A DNA stretch of 64,000 bases from the human T2T-CHM13v2.0 reference genome, Homo sapiens. Every line of letters begins with the position of its first letter. Within the stretch, counting starts at the first letter, position 1. The notes beneath the pieces were generated by a model. It was not told where the DNA came from and ran no database searches. It worked only from the letters and a program-made list of their open reading frames with translations. This document shows positions 15,090 through 34,173 of the stretch, in pieces. A program made the position numbers and the translations under genes. The stretch lies in NCBI RefSeq assembly GCF_009914755.1, contig NC_060938.1; one strand, 5' to 3'.

Positions 15090-15700
15090 CCTGTATCATA
15101 GTCTGTGAACTCCTTGCCCCTCCCACCTGCTCCCCACACCAGCACTCCATTCCCAGAGCCCTGTCTCAGTTAACAGTGCCACCGTTTTCCAGTGGCCCAG
15201 GCTAGAGACCACAGTCATCCTTAAATCTTCCCTTCACGTCCCACTCTCATACAATTGCCATGGCCAGGCAGTTCTTCTGAAAATCTTGCAAATTTCCTAC
15301 TTTCCTTACATCCCCTACCCCAAAGACTCCAGGTCCCCACTGTCTTTTCTCTAAATGATTGTAATAACCTCATCAGTTGTCTGGCAGCTCCAATCCCTCC
15401 CTGGTGAAAGTACACTAAATATTAAACCTCCAGAACCACCTCAAAACACAAAAATGGCAAGTTTACATTTCCTCCCTAGAACCCTCAAGGCATGCGCTTT
15501 ATACTTTGGCAACACTGAGAGTTAAGCCTACTTTCCTACTCACATATGGGCAAAGCACGTCTAGTTTTATAGCAGTTCACTTCCTACAATATACTTAGCC
15601 ACGTGCATCGGAACCTCCAGTTTCTTGAAAGCAGGAAAAGGGCCTTATTCACAATCATAGCTTAAGCACCCCACACAGTGCCTGGCATACTAGAGAGTAT
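15090..15700 (+). mobile_element. L2 fragments
   Basis: Degenerate L2-like sequence ending CACAGTGCCTGGCATA. Confidence 0.55.
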
Positions 15701-16000
15701 TAAAGCGAATTATACTGGAAATGAAGATACTTGACTCTAAGACTCTTCCGAAAGCAAGAGGGAAATTCAGTTAAGCCACCAGACACATCGGAAGAGACAA
15801 GTCCACCATCTACCTTATTGTGGCCCGTCTCTCATTCCCAGAGGATGAAGAATATCTAGTGGACATTGGCTGACAATTCCAAATCCCACAGAGCCTCAGG
15901 CTGAGGCTCACAGTGCCTGGAGGCCTAGTCCCACCCTAGCAATGGCCCAGGGCTGATTTGAAAGCATCCTCAACTTCCAGAAGTTCTAACATACTATGCG

Positions 16001-16333
16001 TGTCTTAGTCCTGTGGGGCTGCTCTGACAAGAACGCTATAGACTATGTGGCTTAAACACGAGGCTTTTATTTCTCCCAGTTCTCGAGGCTGGAAGTCCAG
16101 GGTCAGGTAAGCAGCACAGTCAGGTTCTGGTGGGAGCCCTCACAGGGCGGAGAGAAAGCTCAGGGTTCTTCATCCCCTTATCAGGGCACCAGTCCCAACG
16201 TGGGGGCTCCACCCCTGTGACCTCATCCAAACGCAGTCACCTCCCAAAGGACCCACCTTGTAATAACGTCACATTGTGGATAATAGGCTTCAACATATGG
16301 ATTTGGGGGGATACAAATGTTCAGTCCATAGCA
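16001..16333 (-). mobile_element. MLT1A-type MaLR solo LTR
   Basis: TGTCTTAGTC...GAGGCTGGAAGTCC...TTCAGTCCATAGCA. Confidence 0.8.
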
Positions 16334-17068
16334 AAGTGCTTGGCCTGATGGAGTAAGTGATGTTTCCTCTTTCCTCCCGGGACAGCTTGACATCCCAGAT
16401 GGGAAAGAACTTTATTCTCAACAATCATAGGAGGGAGGAGCATCATAGAAGGGAAAAGATACACCTTCCTGGCCTGAAAATTGACATCAACAGGACCTCT
16501 CAGGGGATACCCAGGAAATCTATTTTTCAAGCTGGCCGTGAGAATACCCAGGTGTGCAAATTCAGCCCTTGGACTCAATCAGTCCATCAGCAGCAGCAAA
16601 CATTCCCAGCTGGGTCACTCTCAGAGCATGATCATGAAATACGCACGTGCACCCTTCCCATGCCTGCAGTGAGAAGACCCTGCCACCACTTCCGATCCCA
16701 TCACAACTCACCAGGGTGATCTGGTACACATCAGTGACCTTCTGCATGGCAGCCTCCTTATGTCTAAAATGGAACTCCTATCACCTGCCCCCCTAGAGCT
16801 TGCAGGCAAGAGAGGAGGGCAGATGTGGCACACAAACAAGCATGTGAGGGCGCTGCAGAGGGCTGGGAACACACAACAGGGTGTGTCATGAAGCTGCTAA
16901 CAGGTGAGAACAGGTCTAGACACTGACGATGACCTAGGGGAAGGGGCCCCTCACATACACACATTTCTGGAGCCCAAAACCTCCTAGGACAAGGTGCAGA
17001 AGTGCCAGCTGGCTCTTTCACAATAACAAGTTACGAGAAACAGGCCGGTAGGTAACTAAGAATATGAG

Positions 17069-17668
<600 letters not shown>

Positions 17669-18559
17669 TGAGAATATGAACTTTTTGGTCACAGACCAAC
17701 CCACTCTGCCAATCCCCTGCCCTCTCCCCATGCTTCTACCCCAGTAGGGTCCAAAGCTTCCTGCTCCTCATCTCTAGGAGACGACCCCAGAGTAGCAGAA
17801 AATAGTGTGGAGGCTACGACCCAACAGGAACTGGAAGCCCAGGAAACGAGGGGAAGAGGCTAAAGCCTGCTGGGACCATAGAGGTGAGGGAGAGGGAGCA
17901 AGAGAGAAAGAGCCCTGAAACATACCACCTCCCAGTTGAGGGGTGGCCACATGCCCTGGGAGTCTAGAAGTGCGGGTCACACCCACAAACAGTGCAGGGC
18001 TGAAACAGCCACACCCTGCTCCCCATCACCCTTTGGACTTGGTAAGAGATACAATGACATGAACCTAAAATAAATATTTGGATTAAACACTTTTCAGGAT
18101 TGCATGTTTACCTGGCTGAGGAATGGGGCTGCCCTTTCCCAGCCACCCCTCTATGGGCACCAGCAGCTTCCTGGATGTCTCCAGTGAGGAAGGCAGGGAG
18201 GCGAGGGAGCTACATGTGGGGCCAACCAGCTGGCTGACCTGCCAGACCACCCTTGCCCTCCCTCCCACCATAAAGGCACAGTGCCCGAGTCCCACTGCCC
18301 CCAATGCCTCTGCTCAGGAGTCATTTATGCTATACCAGTGCGGCAACACTGGTATCGGTACTAGGGATTCAAAGATAAATGACACACAGGCCCTGTCTGT
18401 TTACAGTCTAGTTGAAAACAGACAAGGGACGAGGTAATCCCAACTCAGGATGGTGAATGTCATGCTGGAGAGAAGAATGGGGGCACTCCCAGGTGAAACA
18501 GCCTTCCTGGAGTAGAAGACACCACATGGATCTAGAAGGATCCTGCAGCAGAGACTATC

Positions 18560-18940
18560 ATCTGCCAATATCTATTCTCCCAACCAAAGACTGCATTTTT
18601 AAGCCTCTCTCACAGTGAAGTGTGGCTATGTGACTAAGTTCTGGCCAGTGAGATATAAGTAAATGTAATATGTGCAATGTCCGGGTCATGCCTTTAAACA
18701 GAATTGGTGCATAGTCCCCTTGTCCCTTCTCTCCTCCTTCTAGTTGGGATGCAGATGTGATGGTAAGAGCCAGAGCAGCCATTTTGGAACCAGAGCTGAA
18801 AACTACACATTGAGCCTCCCTACCAGCCCGAAACCACCTGCCTCTGGACTGCAGCATGAGAGAGAAATAAAATTCTCTCCTATCTAAACCAGCGTTTTCA
18901 AGGTCTCTTTGTTACAGTGGCTTAGTGAGTACCCTAATAC
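18560..18940 (+). mobile_element. Old MLT1 (J/I-like) LTR
   Basis: ATGTGACTAAGTTCTGGCCA...GCAGCCATTTTG...CCTAATACA. Confidence 0.7.
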
Positions 18941-19689
18941 AAATGAGTAGGAGTTCGCCAAAAGAAGAAGGTAGGGAACAGCACGTGCAAGAGCACAGAG
19001 ACATGAGAGGCACTGTACAGTCAGAGAGCCGGGGGGAGCTTCACTGGAGCAGTTAAAACACGTAGGAGTGCACAGTGAGAGCTGGGCTGGGGGTGGAGGA
19101 TGAGATGGGAGCCCATCTATAAAGGCATCGTATGCCAAGCAAAGGAAGCAAAAGAGAACGAGGAGGATAATGGAGGCGGAATGGATCGTAAAGAGGAAAA
19201 TAAAAGAAAAGAGATGGATGAAGAAGGAAAAGTAGAGAGAAAAGAAGGAGTAAAAACACAGCCATCCTCTCCTGCATGTGGGAACTGGTACTGGTTCTCA
19301 GTCTTAGGAAATGTTTTCTCCAGTGAGATGCCCCCCACACACTAGTCCTAGCCCCTTGTAGTTCAGCAAAAAAACTGGCAATAAGTTTTATGCTTTAATA
19401 ATGTCTCTGAGTTAGCTTCAATCAGAACAATTTGACTCTCATATTAAAAAAAAACCAAAAAACCCAAATGCCATAATAAAGTAAGCTCCCCAAAATATAT
19501 TCACTGACACTAAAGGGTTGCGTCAAGAGTCTGCTCATAAGTGCCTGCTCAATTGGGTTCTTAATAAATGCTTTTCCAATCAGTGTTAGCAGTAGTGGAG
19601 GAAATTCTAATAAAAAACAACTGACGCAATGTACTTCACACTTCTCTGCACTCCTCTGCCACAGACTTCCCAGAAGTTGCTGTCTATTG

Positions 19690-19930
19690 TCACTGCTCTG
19701 CCTGCACACCTCCCGTTCTTGACTCCAATCAGGCTTCCTTCTCTTTTATTCCATTAAAGCCTCTCTCATCAAAGTCACCAATGGCCTCCTCAATGACAAA
19801 TCCAACAATCCTTTCTCATTCCCAGTCTTCATCCTTCACCCCTTCTTAGCAGCATTTGGCACAGTGAACCTCTCTCATCTTCTACAGAGACTTTCTTCAT
19901 TAGGCTTCTATCACCCTCTCTTGGTTTGGG
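19690..19930 (+). mobile_element. L2 fragment
   Basis: CAAAGTCACCAATGGCCTCC...AGCAGCATTTGGCACAGT. Confidence 0.65.
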
Positions 19931-20395
19931 GACTTCTCAAAGGTTATCCTGGTAGTCAGCATGAATGAGTCAGGATACGAACTCAAGGCCGCCTATTTGA
20001 GCCCAGTCTTTTCTTGACCCTCACACCCTGGCTGACCCAGAGCCCTGAAAGGAGGAGACAAGTCAATAAATATTTGCTGAACTAAAAAAATGCTGCTGGG
20101 GGCAGAATTTTACATCTGGAAAGAATTTAGAAATCACCTAGTCCAGTGTTTCGCCAAATGTGCCTTGACTGTACATTTGAATCACCTGGGAAGTTCTAAA
20201 ACATAGGAGCCCATCCCAACCCAGTTAAATCAGAACCCCTGGGAGGAACCCAGAAATTGATTTGAATGTACAGCCAAATTGAGAACTACTGACCTAGCCC
20301 AATGGTGTACATAAGAGTGTCTTTGGAGGCTTGTTCTAAAAATATAGAGCTCTTGATTCAGGAGGTCTAGAAAGAGTCCTGGGAATCAGTACTTT

Positions 20396-20704
<309 letters not shown>

Positions 20705-20907
20705 GGAATCAGTACTTTTACCAACATCAAGCTGATGCTAGCACAAGTGTTCACACCTGCAGAAACACTAGCCTAGCCATAAGACTGTGAGTGATGCGAG
20801 GGCAGGAAACACACTTTATCTTTGTAGCCCCTACTCCAAGCACAGTGCCTAATACAGAATATTAATTTAAAACCCAGTCACTCACCTCATAACTGTTAGG
20901 ATGACTA

Positions 20908-21312
20908 CTGCTATGGTTTGAATGTGTCCCTCAAAGTTCATGTACTGAAATTCAGTTGCCACTGTGACAGTATTAAAAGTGTGGGAAATGCAACTAAAAT
21001 TCTTAGGTCGATTACAGCTGGAGCTTTTGGGAGGTAAATAAAATTAGATAAAGTCATCAGGATGGGGCCCCCATGATGGAATTGGTGGCTTTCTAAGAAG
21101 ACAAAGACAGACCCGAGCTGATATTCACACTCTTGCTTTCTGGCCACATGATGCCTTCCACCGTGTTATGACACAGCCAGAAGGCCCACCAGATGCTGGC
21201 ACCATGCATTAGGACCTCTCAGCCTCCAGAACCATGAGCTAAATAGGCCTCTATTCTTTATAAATTACCTGGTCTGTGGTGTTCAGTTATAGCAACACCA
21301 AAGGGACTAAGA
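20908..21312 (+). mobile_element. MST-type MaLR solo LTR inserted in L1MB
   Basis: TGCTATGGTTTGAATGTGTCCC...GGACTAAGA. Confidence 0.8.
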
Positions 21313-21329
21313 TAGCTGATATGATTTAA

Positions 21330-22026
21330 AACAACAATTAAAAACAAAAAACAACAACAAAAAATAGAAAAAAACGTGTTGGTGAGGACGTGGAGAAACT
21401 GAACACTTGTGGGAATGTAAAATTGGGTAGCCACTATGGAAAACTGTATGGTGGTTCTCCAAAAATTAAATACAAAATTACCACATGATCCAGCAATATT
21501 ACTTCTGGATATACATACAAAATAATTGTAAGCAGGATCTTGAAGTGATACCTATACACCTATGTTCATAGCAGCATTATTCACAATAGCCAGGAGGTGG
21601 AAGCAACCCAAATGTCTATTAGCCGTTGAATGAATACCCAATATGTGGTACATTCACATGAGGGAATATTGTTCAGCCTTAAAAAGGAAGGAAACTCTAA
21701 CACGTGCTACAACATGAATGAAGCTTGGGGACAGTATGCTAAGTGAAACACGCCACTCACAAAAAGACAAATACTGTATGAGTCCACTTATATGATATAT
21801 TTAAAGAGGTCAAATTCATAGAAACAGAAAGTAGAATGGTGGTTATCACGGGCTAGAGAGAAGGGGAAAGAGAGAAAGTTGCTTAATAGATACGGAGTTT
21901 TTGTTTGGCAAGATGAAAAAGTTCTGCGGCACAACAATGTAAATACACTTCACACTACCGCGCTGTGCACTTGAAAACGGTCAAGATAATACATTTCTTG
22001 TTACGCATTTTTACTACAATAAAAAA
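21330..22026 (+). mobile_element. L1MB-type 3' end
   Basis: GCAGCATTATTCACAATAGCC...GGAAGCAACCCAAATGTC...3' UTR and A-rich end. Confidence 0.88.
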
Positions 22027-22381
22027 GTGAATATCTGTAAATCAAAACATATTTCTTCATTGATTGCATTCTAAGTTCTATAAACTGTTCCCACTGAAAG
22101 AAATAATCGATCTGTGATCAAAAACAAAACCCCATAAAGAAAAGTCCAGCAGCCATCCTGTGCTCCTGAGAAACTTAACTCCACCCCAACAGCCCACATC
22201 TCTTCTGTAACCCCATCTCCACAGAGGAATTAAAATTCAAGCATCACGGAATCAGGGTAGAGTGCTGGGGAGAAAGGGATGGCGGGGAGAAAGATGAAGG
22301 TAGAGAAGGGGAGGCAGGGAAGGAAAGAAGCAGGAACAAAGAGGTCTGGACTATGACGTGGGCATCTTGAGCCTCTAGTAA

Positions 22382-22771
<390 letters not shown>

Positions 22772-23701
22772 AGCTTTGTAATTTTAAACAAGTTTTTTGG
22801 TTGGTTGTTTACTTGCCCCTAAAAACCTTCGTTTCCTCGTTTGTGAAAGGAGTTGATAATGATGGTAGTTAATTCATGGGGTTTTGTGAGAATCACACAT
22901 AACTAAAGCTCTTTACACAGTACCAGGCACAGAATTGGCCCTCAGTCAAGACTGGCAATAGCTTCATCTCAAGAAGTAGGAGGAGGAAGAAGAGGAAGAG
23001 AAGGGAGTGTGAGGGCGGGGAGCCCACCTCCTAAAAGAAAAAATAAAGAAGGAACTGAAAGTCAGGTTCTAGTCCGGAACCTTCCACTAGCTCCGCAGTG
23101 GCCTTCCAGCAAGTCTTTCTCAGCTCGTTTGAGAAAATAAGGCCTCTGAGGTCTCTTCTATCTGGAAAGGTTGGTGAATCCAAATGCTCTGGGGCCCAGT
23201 TGAGCTCCCTGCCCTCACTACTCACTGCCTAAACCTCTTACCTCTGCAGGGCTAAGGAGGCCCTCTGGAGGATGCAAAAGGAAAAGACGGAAAAAAAAAA
23301 AAAAACGGCTGGGAGATGCCCACGCTGTGCCTCGGCACACAAAATGAGGGCATGACCTTGTAGACCTATTAGCAAGTAGGAAGAAAACTTGCTAAGAGGG
23401 TAACCTGAAAGCGGAAGACCTCCTCATCTGATGTTACTTTAAAAAGCATTTAGGAGCACAATTATTTATTTTCCAGTTTGTCTCATGTCATATGAATATT
23501 ACACTGTGCATCATTGTTACATTGTATACATATTAGTTTAATGCACAAACATTGTTATAAATGTTGTTGTACTATCTAAATGTTATAATGTATAAACACT
23601 GCCATATTTCCTGAGATTTGCTCTAAAATAAGGAAGTTCTAACATTTCCCTTTGGACCTCTTTCAAGACTTTTTAAGTAGGCATCTTCAAAAGGCCCTTC
23701 G

Positions 23702-24360
<659 letters not shown>

Positions 24361-25549
24361 TTAATATGCTAAAGAGGTTGTTGATCCAAAAAGCAGAAAA
24401 TGTACTCATCAAAATAAGAGCTGTTCACTCATCCATCCATTCATCCATTCATTCATTTAACCAATATGTATTAACCAATGTGTATTAACTCAATATGTAC
24501 TCCATATTGAGTAGTGCAGAATGGATTCGTATTTTTCATTATTTGTCTTCAAACGCCCTTTTACAAGTATAATTCAATCACAAGTTTTTATCTACCTCTA
24601 TTCCCTTAGGGAAGTCTAAGGTGTTACTACCCTGTCATTATAAGTGATAAAAATGAGGTGGAGATGGTTCATGTACAGAACAAAAAATACACATCACGAA
24701 CCCAACCAGCCCCTCCACTAACTAGCTTTATGTCCATTTCCCCATTTTTAAAATGGGAATATCATGCCTAAATATTTTGGAGGATTCAATGAGATAAGAG
24801 ATTCCACTAGAGGAAATGCCACCTAAAATGTATTAATAGAGCCTATTACTATTAAAGAAGAAATGCATTTCTCTGGGTCATATAAGAAATAAGAGGGAGA
24901 ACCGTTACCTAAATCTATTATGTATGAGACTGGGTGTGATGGTCTCACACTGCCAGTTTTACTATCCTCTCACTCACCCACTCAGTGCCTGTTTTCCAGG
25001 CCAAAGGAGGAAAGGAGTGAGCAGCATAGAAGACAATTTTGAGGGGCCATTATATTTCCAGTGCCCATTTGTGGAGTTATTTTGGAATATCAAGTAGCTG
25101 GAAGGATTGGACAATTTGAGCAGAGATAATTCTTCTAACGCCTGGTCAATAGATGTTCACTCAACTATCATTCAATTATATCAGCAAATACTTACTAAAT
25201 GACATCTACATTCTTGGCATTGTGCTAGGCATTGTGGATACCAAAGTGAATAAATCATGAAGACCCTATGTCCTGATGACAACGCAATTAAGTTATAAAT
25301 CAATAACAAAAAGATAATTTAAATCCCCATAAATGTGTAACATTCAGAAACTCACCACTAAATAAATCATGGATAACAAGAAGTGATTACAGGGAAAATT
25401 AAAAATTCTTACAACTTAATAGCAATAAATACCATACATCCAAACTTATAGGTCACACCAAAAAATATGTAGTCTTAAGTGCTGACTTAATGAAAGAAGA
25501 AAGGCTTACAGTTAATGAGCTAAGCAACCAGCTTAAGAAATTAGAAAAG

Positions 25550-26140
<591 letters not shown>

Positions 26141-26307
26141 TTTAAACAGAAACAAATCCAAAACATAGAAAGAAAAGAATAAAAAACAGGAATTGATGAA
26201 ATAAAAGCAAAAGGAAAAGAAAGAGATCGGGGAGAGCAACAAAGCAAAATATTTCTTTTTGAAAACAGCAAACTGATATGACTCTGGCAATATCTGTGTG
26301 GTTTTTT

Positions 26308-26339
<32 letters not shown>

Positions 26340-26365
26340 GTTTTTTAATTAAAGAATTAACACAA

Positions 26366-26778
<413 letters not shown>

Positions 26779-26891
26779 CTAAAAACTTATTAAGTAGACA
26801 AGTTCTTAGAAAAAGGTAACTATGTAAAACTGACTTAAGAAGAAACAGAAAGTGCAAACAGTCCCCTAACTTTAAGAAATTATATCGTAGC

Positions 26892-27209
<318 letters not shown>

Positions 27210-27652
27210 TCAGTAGCTAAAAATCTTCCCACTCACACACACAAAAATACCAAATCTCAATGATCTTATAGGCAAATTCAAATAAACTTTCCATGAATTG
27301 AATTTGAATAAAATTTCCATGAATGACCTAAGGTTAGACCATTCTAACTTTCCAGAGAATAGAAAAGGAACAATATCTCACTCTATCAAGCTTATATGTG
27401 GACACCAAAACTAGTAAGAGTAATATTAAAAAAGAAATGTGGCAGGTCATTCTACTTTATAGACATTAATGACAAAAATCCTAAATAAAATGTTAGCCAA
27501 ACAAATCCAGCAGTATATTGTAAACAAATCATACTATAACATGACCAAAGATAATGATGGTTACATATGGTAAAAATCTACCATTCTTTGCCTTTTATTT
27601 TTTGTTGTTCCTAAGGGCAGGATAACAAAGAACAGCTCAAAAGAATTCAGGT

Positions 27653-27951
27653 GGCCAGGCACGGTGGCTCACGCCTGTAATCACAGCACTTTGGGAGGCC
27701 GAGGTAGGTGGATCACTTGAGGCCAGGAGTTTGAGACCAGCCTGGCCAACATGGTGAAACCCCATCTCTACAAAAAGAATACAAAAATTAGCCAGGCCTG
27801 GTGGCCGGTGCCTGTAATCCCAGCTACTCAGGAGGCTGAGACAGAGAATCGCTTGAACGTGGGAGGCGGAGGTTGCCGTGAGAGGAGATCGCACCACTGC
27901 ACTCCTGCCTGGGTGACAGAGCGAGATTCTGTCTCAAAATCAAACAAAAAA
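27653..27951 (+). mobile_element. AluS
   Basis: TSD AAAGAATTCAGGT. Confidence 0.94.
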
Positions 27952-28289
27952 GAATTCAGGTGAGGGACTAGGCATTTCTTCAGATGTTCTGTAAAGAGGA
28001 TTCATGGTATTATCTACCTGATAACTTTCAATGAAAGGGAGAGTTAGTTTTCTTTGGGGGCAGTATCAGTACTTGCTTACCTGAGGACAGGTGAGCAGCT
28101 CAGATGGCAGCTCTAGGCCCCTACTTTTGTTACTAGTGACCATCCCCCAATGTCATGGAAGGGTGTGTGTATGACTGAGATAGTGCATCCTTTAGTGAGT
28201 GAGTGCATCCTTTGTTATCTGTCACTGTGGGCTCAGAACAAACTTTGGGTCCTTCTGTTTCTTCTCTTTCCATGCAAAAGTTAGGATTC

Positions 28290-29205
<916 letters not shown>

Positions 29206-30537
29206 TTAATCAAATTTCCCTATAGCTTTATGGAGACACAGAGTCCTAATGTTGGCATTTGCTTCATCAAAAGCCACAGCACCAAGTGTAACAAGTGAAT
29301 GTATTTCACTTTAAAAGGTAAATGAGAAATTTGCTCTATGTTCCTAGAAATCTCTGCAGAGCACGCCAGTCTAAAGTTGCCCTTCTTAACCTTTTTCATG
29401 TTGAGGCACACATAGAACATTACACAAGTGTGTAAGGTACAATGGAATGGGCAAATTGGCCCAAGGACTAAGCCTCCCTCTGAAGCCCCTGCCCCCCAAC
29501 CCAAGAGCTGAAGAGATCAATATCCAGGCACCTGTACCACCCATGAACCAGTTGGGAGTGTCACATCTAGAATAAGGTAAAGGTGGGAGGTCAGGGAAGC
29601 TGTTTCAAGGGACAGTCCTCAAATGAGTCCTCTCATAACAAGATGGGTGACCTGCCTCATCTGATGGTACATTCCTCATCCTCCACATACCATTTGGGAA
29701 CAAAGTGCTTCTAAGTGATTCGAAGCTTTTCAGAATCAGCCTGCCAAAACCCAGCTGTTTCTGCATAGTCAGGCTTTCTGGAGTGTGTGGCTCTGGATTT
29801 GTGGGAAGGACCCCAGCTCTGCTGAAACTGCTCTTGCTCTCTACAGCAGACCCAGATTTTCAGCCAAGAAACAAGAGGGCAGAAGGTCAGGGGACTGGGG
29901 GCGGAAGGAGGAGTATCCATAGAGCTGAGCCAAAAGAATGCCATTATTTAAGATATGATTGAAGAGTCTCTCCAAGACTGGCCAAAAGAGGAATTCGATT
30001 TGAACTCTGGGGGCTTAAGAATGCTGAGCACCCAGTTTGTAGATTCTTCTGTTGACCTACTGGGGCCAAACAAGGATGGAAGGATGGAAAGAGCATCTTT
30101 TCTTTATAAATCCAGTAGCTTGACTTTGTCTACGAGTGCACAAAATCTAAGGAAAGGCATGTTGCTGTTGCTGTTTTCTAACAACCTCATCTTCCTGTTT
30201 ATCCAGCACTTATTACCCAACTTTCTTGGACAGCTGACCTATCAACAAGCCAGCAAACATTATTGACCCTGTTCTATCTGCAAGACAGGAGATAGGGGAT
30301 ATGAAAGAGACATAAAGATAACAGGACACGAAGCTTTAATGAGTAAGTGGCACAAGCACATTCCTAAGTCTAAGGTAGATGGTGAGAAATGTCCCAACAG
30401 AGGCACAAGCACAGTGTTTTGGGAACTCAGAGAAGAGGAGGTTCCAATGGGCTTGGGATGAGATCAGTAAAGATCTAAGAAGGCCTCTGGGAAGAAATCA
30501 CAGATTAAGGTCATTAAGGATAAGAAAAAAGAATGGC

Positions 30538-30912
30538 AGCCGGGCACTGTGGCTCATGCGTGTAATCCCAGCACTTTGGGAGGCCAAGATGGGTGGATCA
30601 CTTGAGCCCAGGAGTTCGAGGTCAGCCAGGCCAACATGGTGAAACCCTGCCTCTAGTAAAAATACAAAAATTAGCTGGGCATGGTGGCATGCAGCTGTAA
30701 TCCCAGCTACTTGGGTGGCTGAGGCAGGAAAATGATGTGAACTTGGGAGGTAGAGGTTGCAGTCAGCCGAGATCACACCACTGAACTCTAACCTGGGTGA
30801 CAGAGCAAGACTCTGTCTCAAAAAAAAGAAAAAAAAAAGAAAAGAAAAGAAAAGAAAAGAAAAGAAAGAAAGAAAGGAAGGAAGGAAGGAAGGAAGGAAG
30901 GAAGGAAGGAAG
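30538..30912 (+). mobile_element. Alu with (GAAAA)n/(GAAG)n tail
   Basis: Full dimer followed by a purine microsatellite. Confidence 0.94.
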
Positions 30913-30972
30913 GATTACCAGGGGTCTCTGACCTCAAAAGGGTCCCCACTGGAGGAAGAGGGCTGTGTCCTG

Positions 30973-31394
30973 TGTTATAGGGTGAATCGTGTCCCTCCAA
31001 AATTCATATATTCAAGTCCTAACCCCCAGTACCTCAGAATGTGACTGCAATTGGGGACAGGGTCTTCAAAGAGGTAATTCAGTTAAAATGAGCCCGTTAT
31101 AGCGGGCCCTACTCCAAAATGTCTAGTGTCCTCCTAAGAAGAGGAAACTGAGACACAAACACCCACAGAGGAAAGACAAAGTCAAGTAAAGGAAAGGAAA
31201 GACACAGGGCCAGCTATAAGCCAATTAGAAAGACAAGGAACAGATCCTTCCCTTGCAGCCCTCAAAAGGAGCCAACTCTGCCAACATTGTGATCCCAGAC
31301 TTCTGGCCAGCAGAACGAGGAGACAATACATTTCTGTTGTTTAAGCTGCCCAGTCTGTGGTACTCTGTTATGGCCACCTTAGCAAACTAGTACA
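30973..31394 (+). mobile_element. MLT1A/B-type solo LTR
   Basis: TGTTATAGGGTGAATCGTGTCCCTCCAAAATTCATAT...AGCAAACTAGTACA. Confidence 0.82.
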
Positions 31395-33500
31395 TTGTGT
31401 GGGCTTTCCCCCTGGCCCTGAGCACCTCCCAAGCTTCCAGAGGGAAGTAGACTGCCTTGTCCTTCTCCCTCCCCTGTCTGGTTTCAGAGTTCTTGTTGAC
31501 TAGAACTTATTAGCGTGCGTGTGGCTCTTGGGGCTTGACTTGGAGTCCCACACACTCTTCCCCACGGTCAGTAGGCTGTGCTGGAATGCAATCCTGGCAA
31601 GCCTTCCCTCCTCCTCAGAGTCAAAAGCCAAGTTGCACTATCTCCTGTTGTCTTAATGACTCTATTTTATTAACCCATTTGTGGCTTGTCTGCCTGCTAA
31701 TGCACCAGGGTCTCCTGCCCCATATTTTCTGTCTTTGGAAAGAGATGATGCTAGCAGTCAAATTCATTCAATGTACAACTATTTATTGAGCTTGAATATG
31801 GAAAGAATAGGGCTGTATGATTTACAAAGAGGACTGGTCACTTACTATCCCCAGTGTCTCGAAATGAATGAATTATCTAAACGAATCTTAAAGATCATCC
31901 TTCAACCACGGAGAAGTGACTTGCTCAAGGTCATTCAGCTGCTGAATCTGATCTCTTTGCACAACTCATGATTTTTGGAGATTAAGAAACCAGAGACTTT
32001 GGGCTTTATTCAGCGCTGCCAATGGCCTGCCAGGTGATCTTGGACAAATCCTGTCATATCACATACCTATCCTCCAGATTTCTCAACCAAACTATAAATG
32101 TCCCTCCTTGGTAAAGACTTCCTCAACCCCCTTGGGCAGAATCAGCTGTTCCCACGATTCTCAGTCCATAGCAGCCTTGTGGTGGTTTATGCAGGAGTTG
32201 CCAACCCTCCTCCTGGCAAGCCTCCAACCCACATACTCCATTGCCTGTGGCCCCCAATGGTAGCACGAAGTATGGACCAGGTCAGCCCAAGCCTACCCTC
32301 AGCACTCCCTTGGCCAAAGCAATATCTTCAGGGGATCTATCATTAGAACTGGTCTTCAACTCCTCTTTGTCAGGGAAGATAGATAACATTTCATGGTTAA
32401 AACCCAACTCCAATCTGGCAAAATTTCAACTTTGTTCTTCTGAAGCCAAAGGCTAGTAGGCCTGAGACACAGAGGGTTCTGAAAGTACCACATTGGGAAT
32501 TCTACGAGGTGTTCTATGCAAGCCAGTCACGACATTTTAATTCTCTTACCCAGATGTCCTGCGGCTTCGTTGGAATTCTGAACCCAGAAAGTAAAATCCG
32601 TCACCTGGGATTTTATGAAAATTATCCATGTAATCTTTACCCAAAATTAATAATGACCCTTAGAAAAGGCTCAAGTATGAAAAAGTTAAAGAAAAAGGTA
32701 GTAAAGCAGAGAAGAGCTGAGACCAAGTAGCTCCCAGAGTTTCTGCCAATGCTTGTCCTTCTTCCCTCTCAGGTGCAAGACGATTGATTATGAAGCAAGA
32801 GGTTCCAGCTGAGCCTTCAGCCAATAGCCAGCTAACAGGTACTTAGCAAGCACCAACTATGGGCCAGGCAGTGGGGATGCAGCAGGTTACAAGGCAACGT
32901 TTCTTCCCCTCTTGAAGTTTACAGCTAAGGGATGGGAAAATCAACAAACAAATACATAAAAAGCCACCAATCAGTGGCTCTCAAAGTGCAGCCCCCGGGC
33001 CAGCAGCGTCAGCATCACTCAGAAGAAAAGACCCCACCCCAGACCTACTGAGTCAGAAACTCGGCAGCAATCTGTGTTTGAAGGCCTCCGGTGGATTTAA
33101 TGCACGCTGAAGACTGTGCTGGAAAATGATAAGGCTGTGATTGGGAGTAACTGCGGTGTAATTTCAGACAAGGCAGCCTGAGTAGGACTCTCTAAGGGGT
33201 GCCATCTGAACTGAGCTGAAGCCAGAGAGGAGAGTGAGCCCGCAATGTGAAGAGCCAGGAGAGAGTTCCAAATAGAAGGAAGAGAAAGTGTGAAGGCCCT
33301 GAGGTCCAGAAGGGCCTGGTATATTTGGGGTAGAGAAAGGAGCTGGCATGGTGCCTATGACCAACCAGGGCACGTCGTGGGATGGCCTAAAAGGGCCTAA
33401 AGCTGGCGGGCCCACATGCTGGTCAGCCTAAATCACAAGCAAAATCTGGGATGTGGGACAGTCATGGAGCCCTTCCACATATTCTCTAAAATGAAGGGGC

Positions 33501-34173
<673 letters not shown>

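Noticed and set aside
19100-19345. Glu/Lys-rich 81-aa ORF
   Set aside because: Arises from a purine-rich low-complexity tract.
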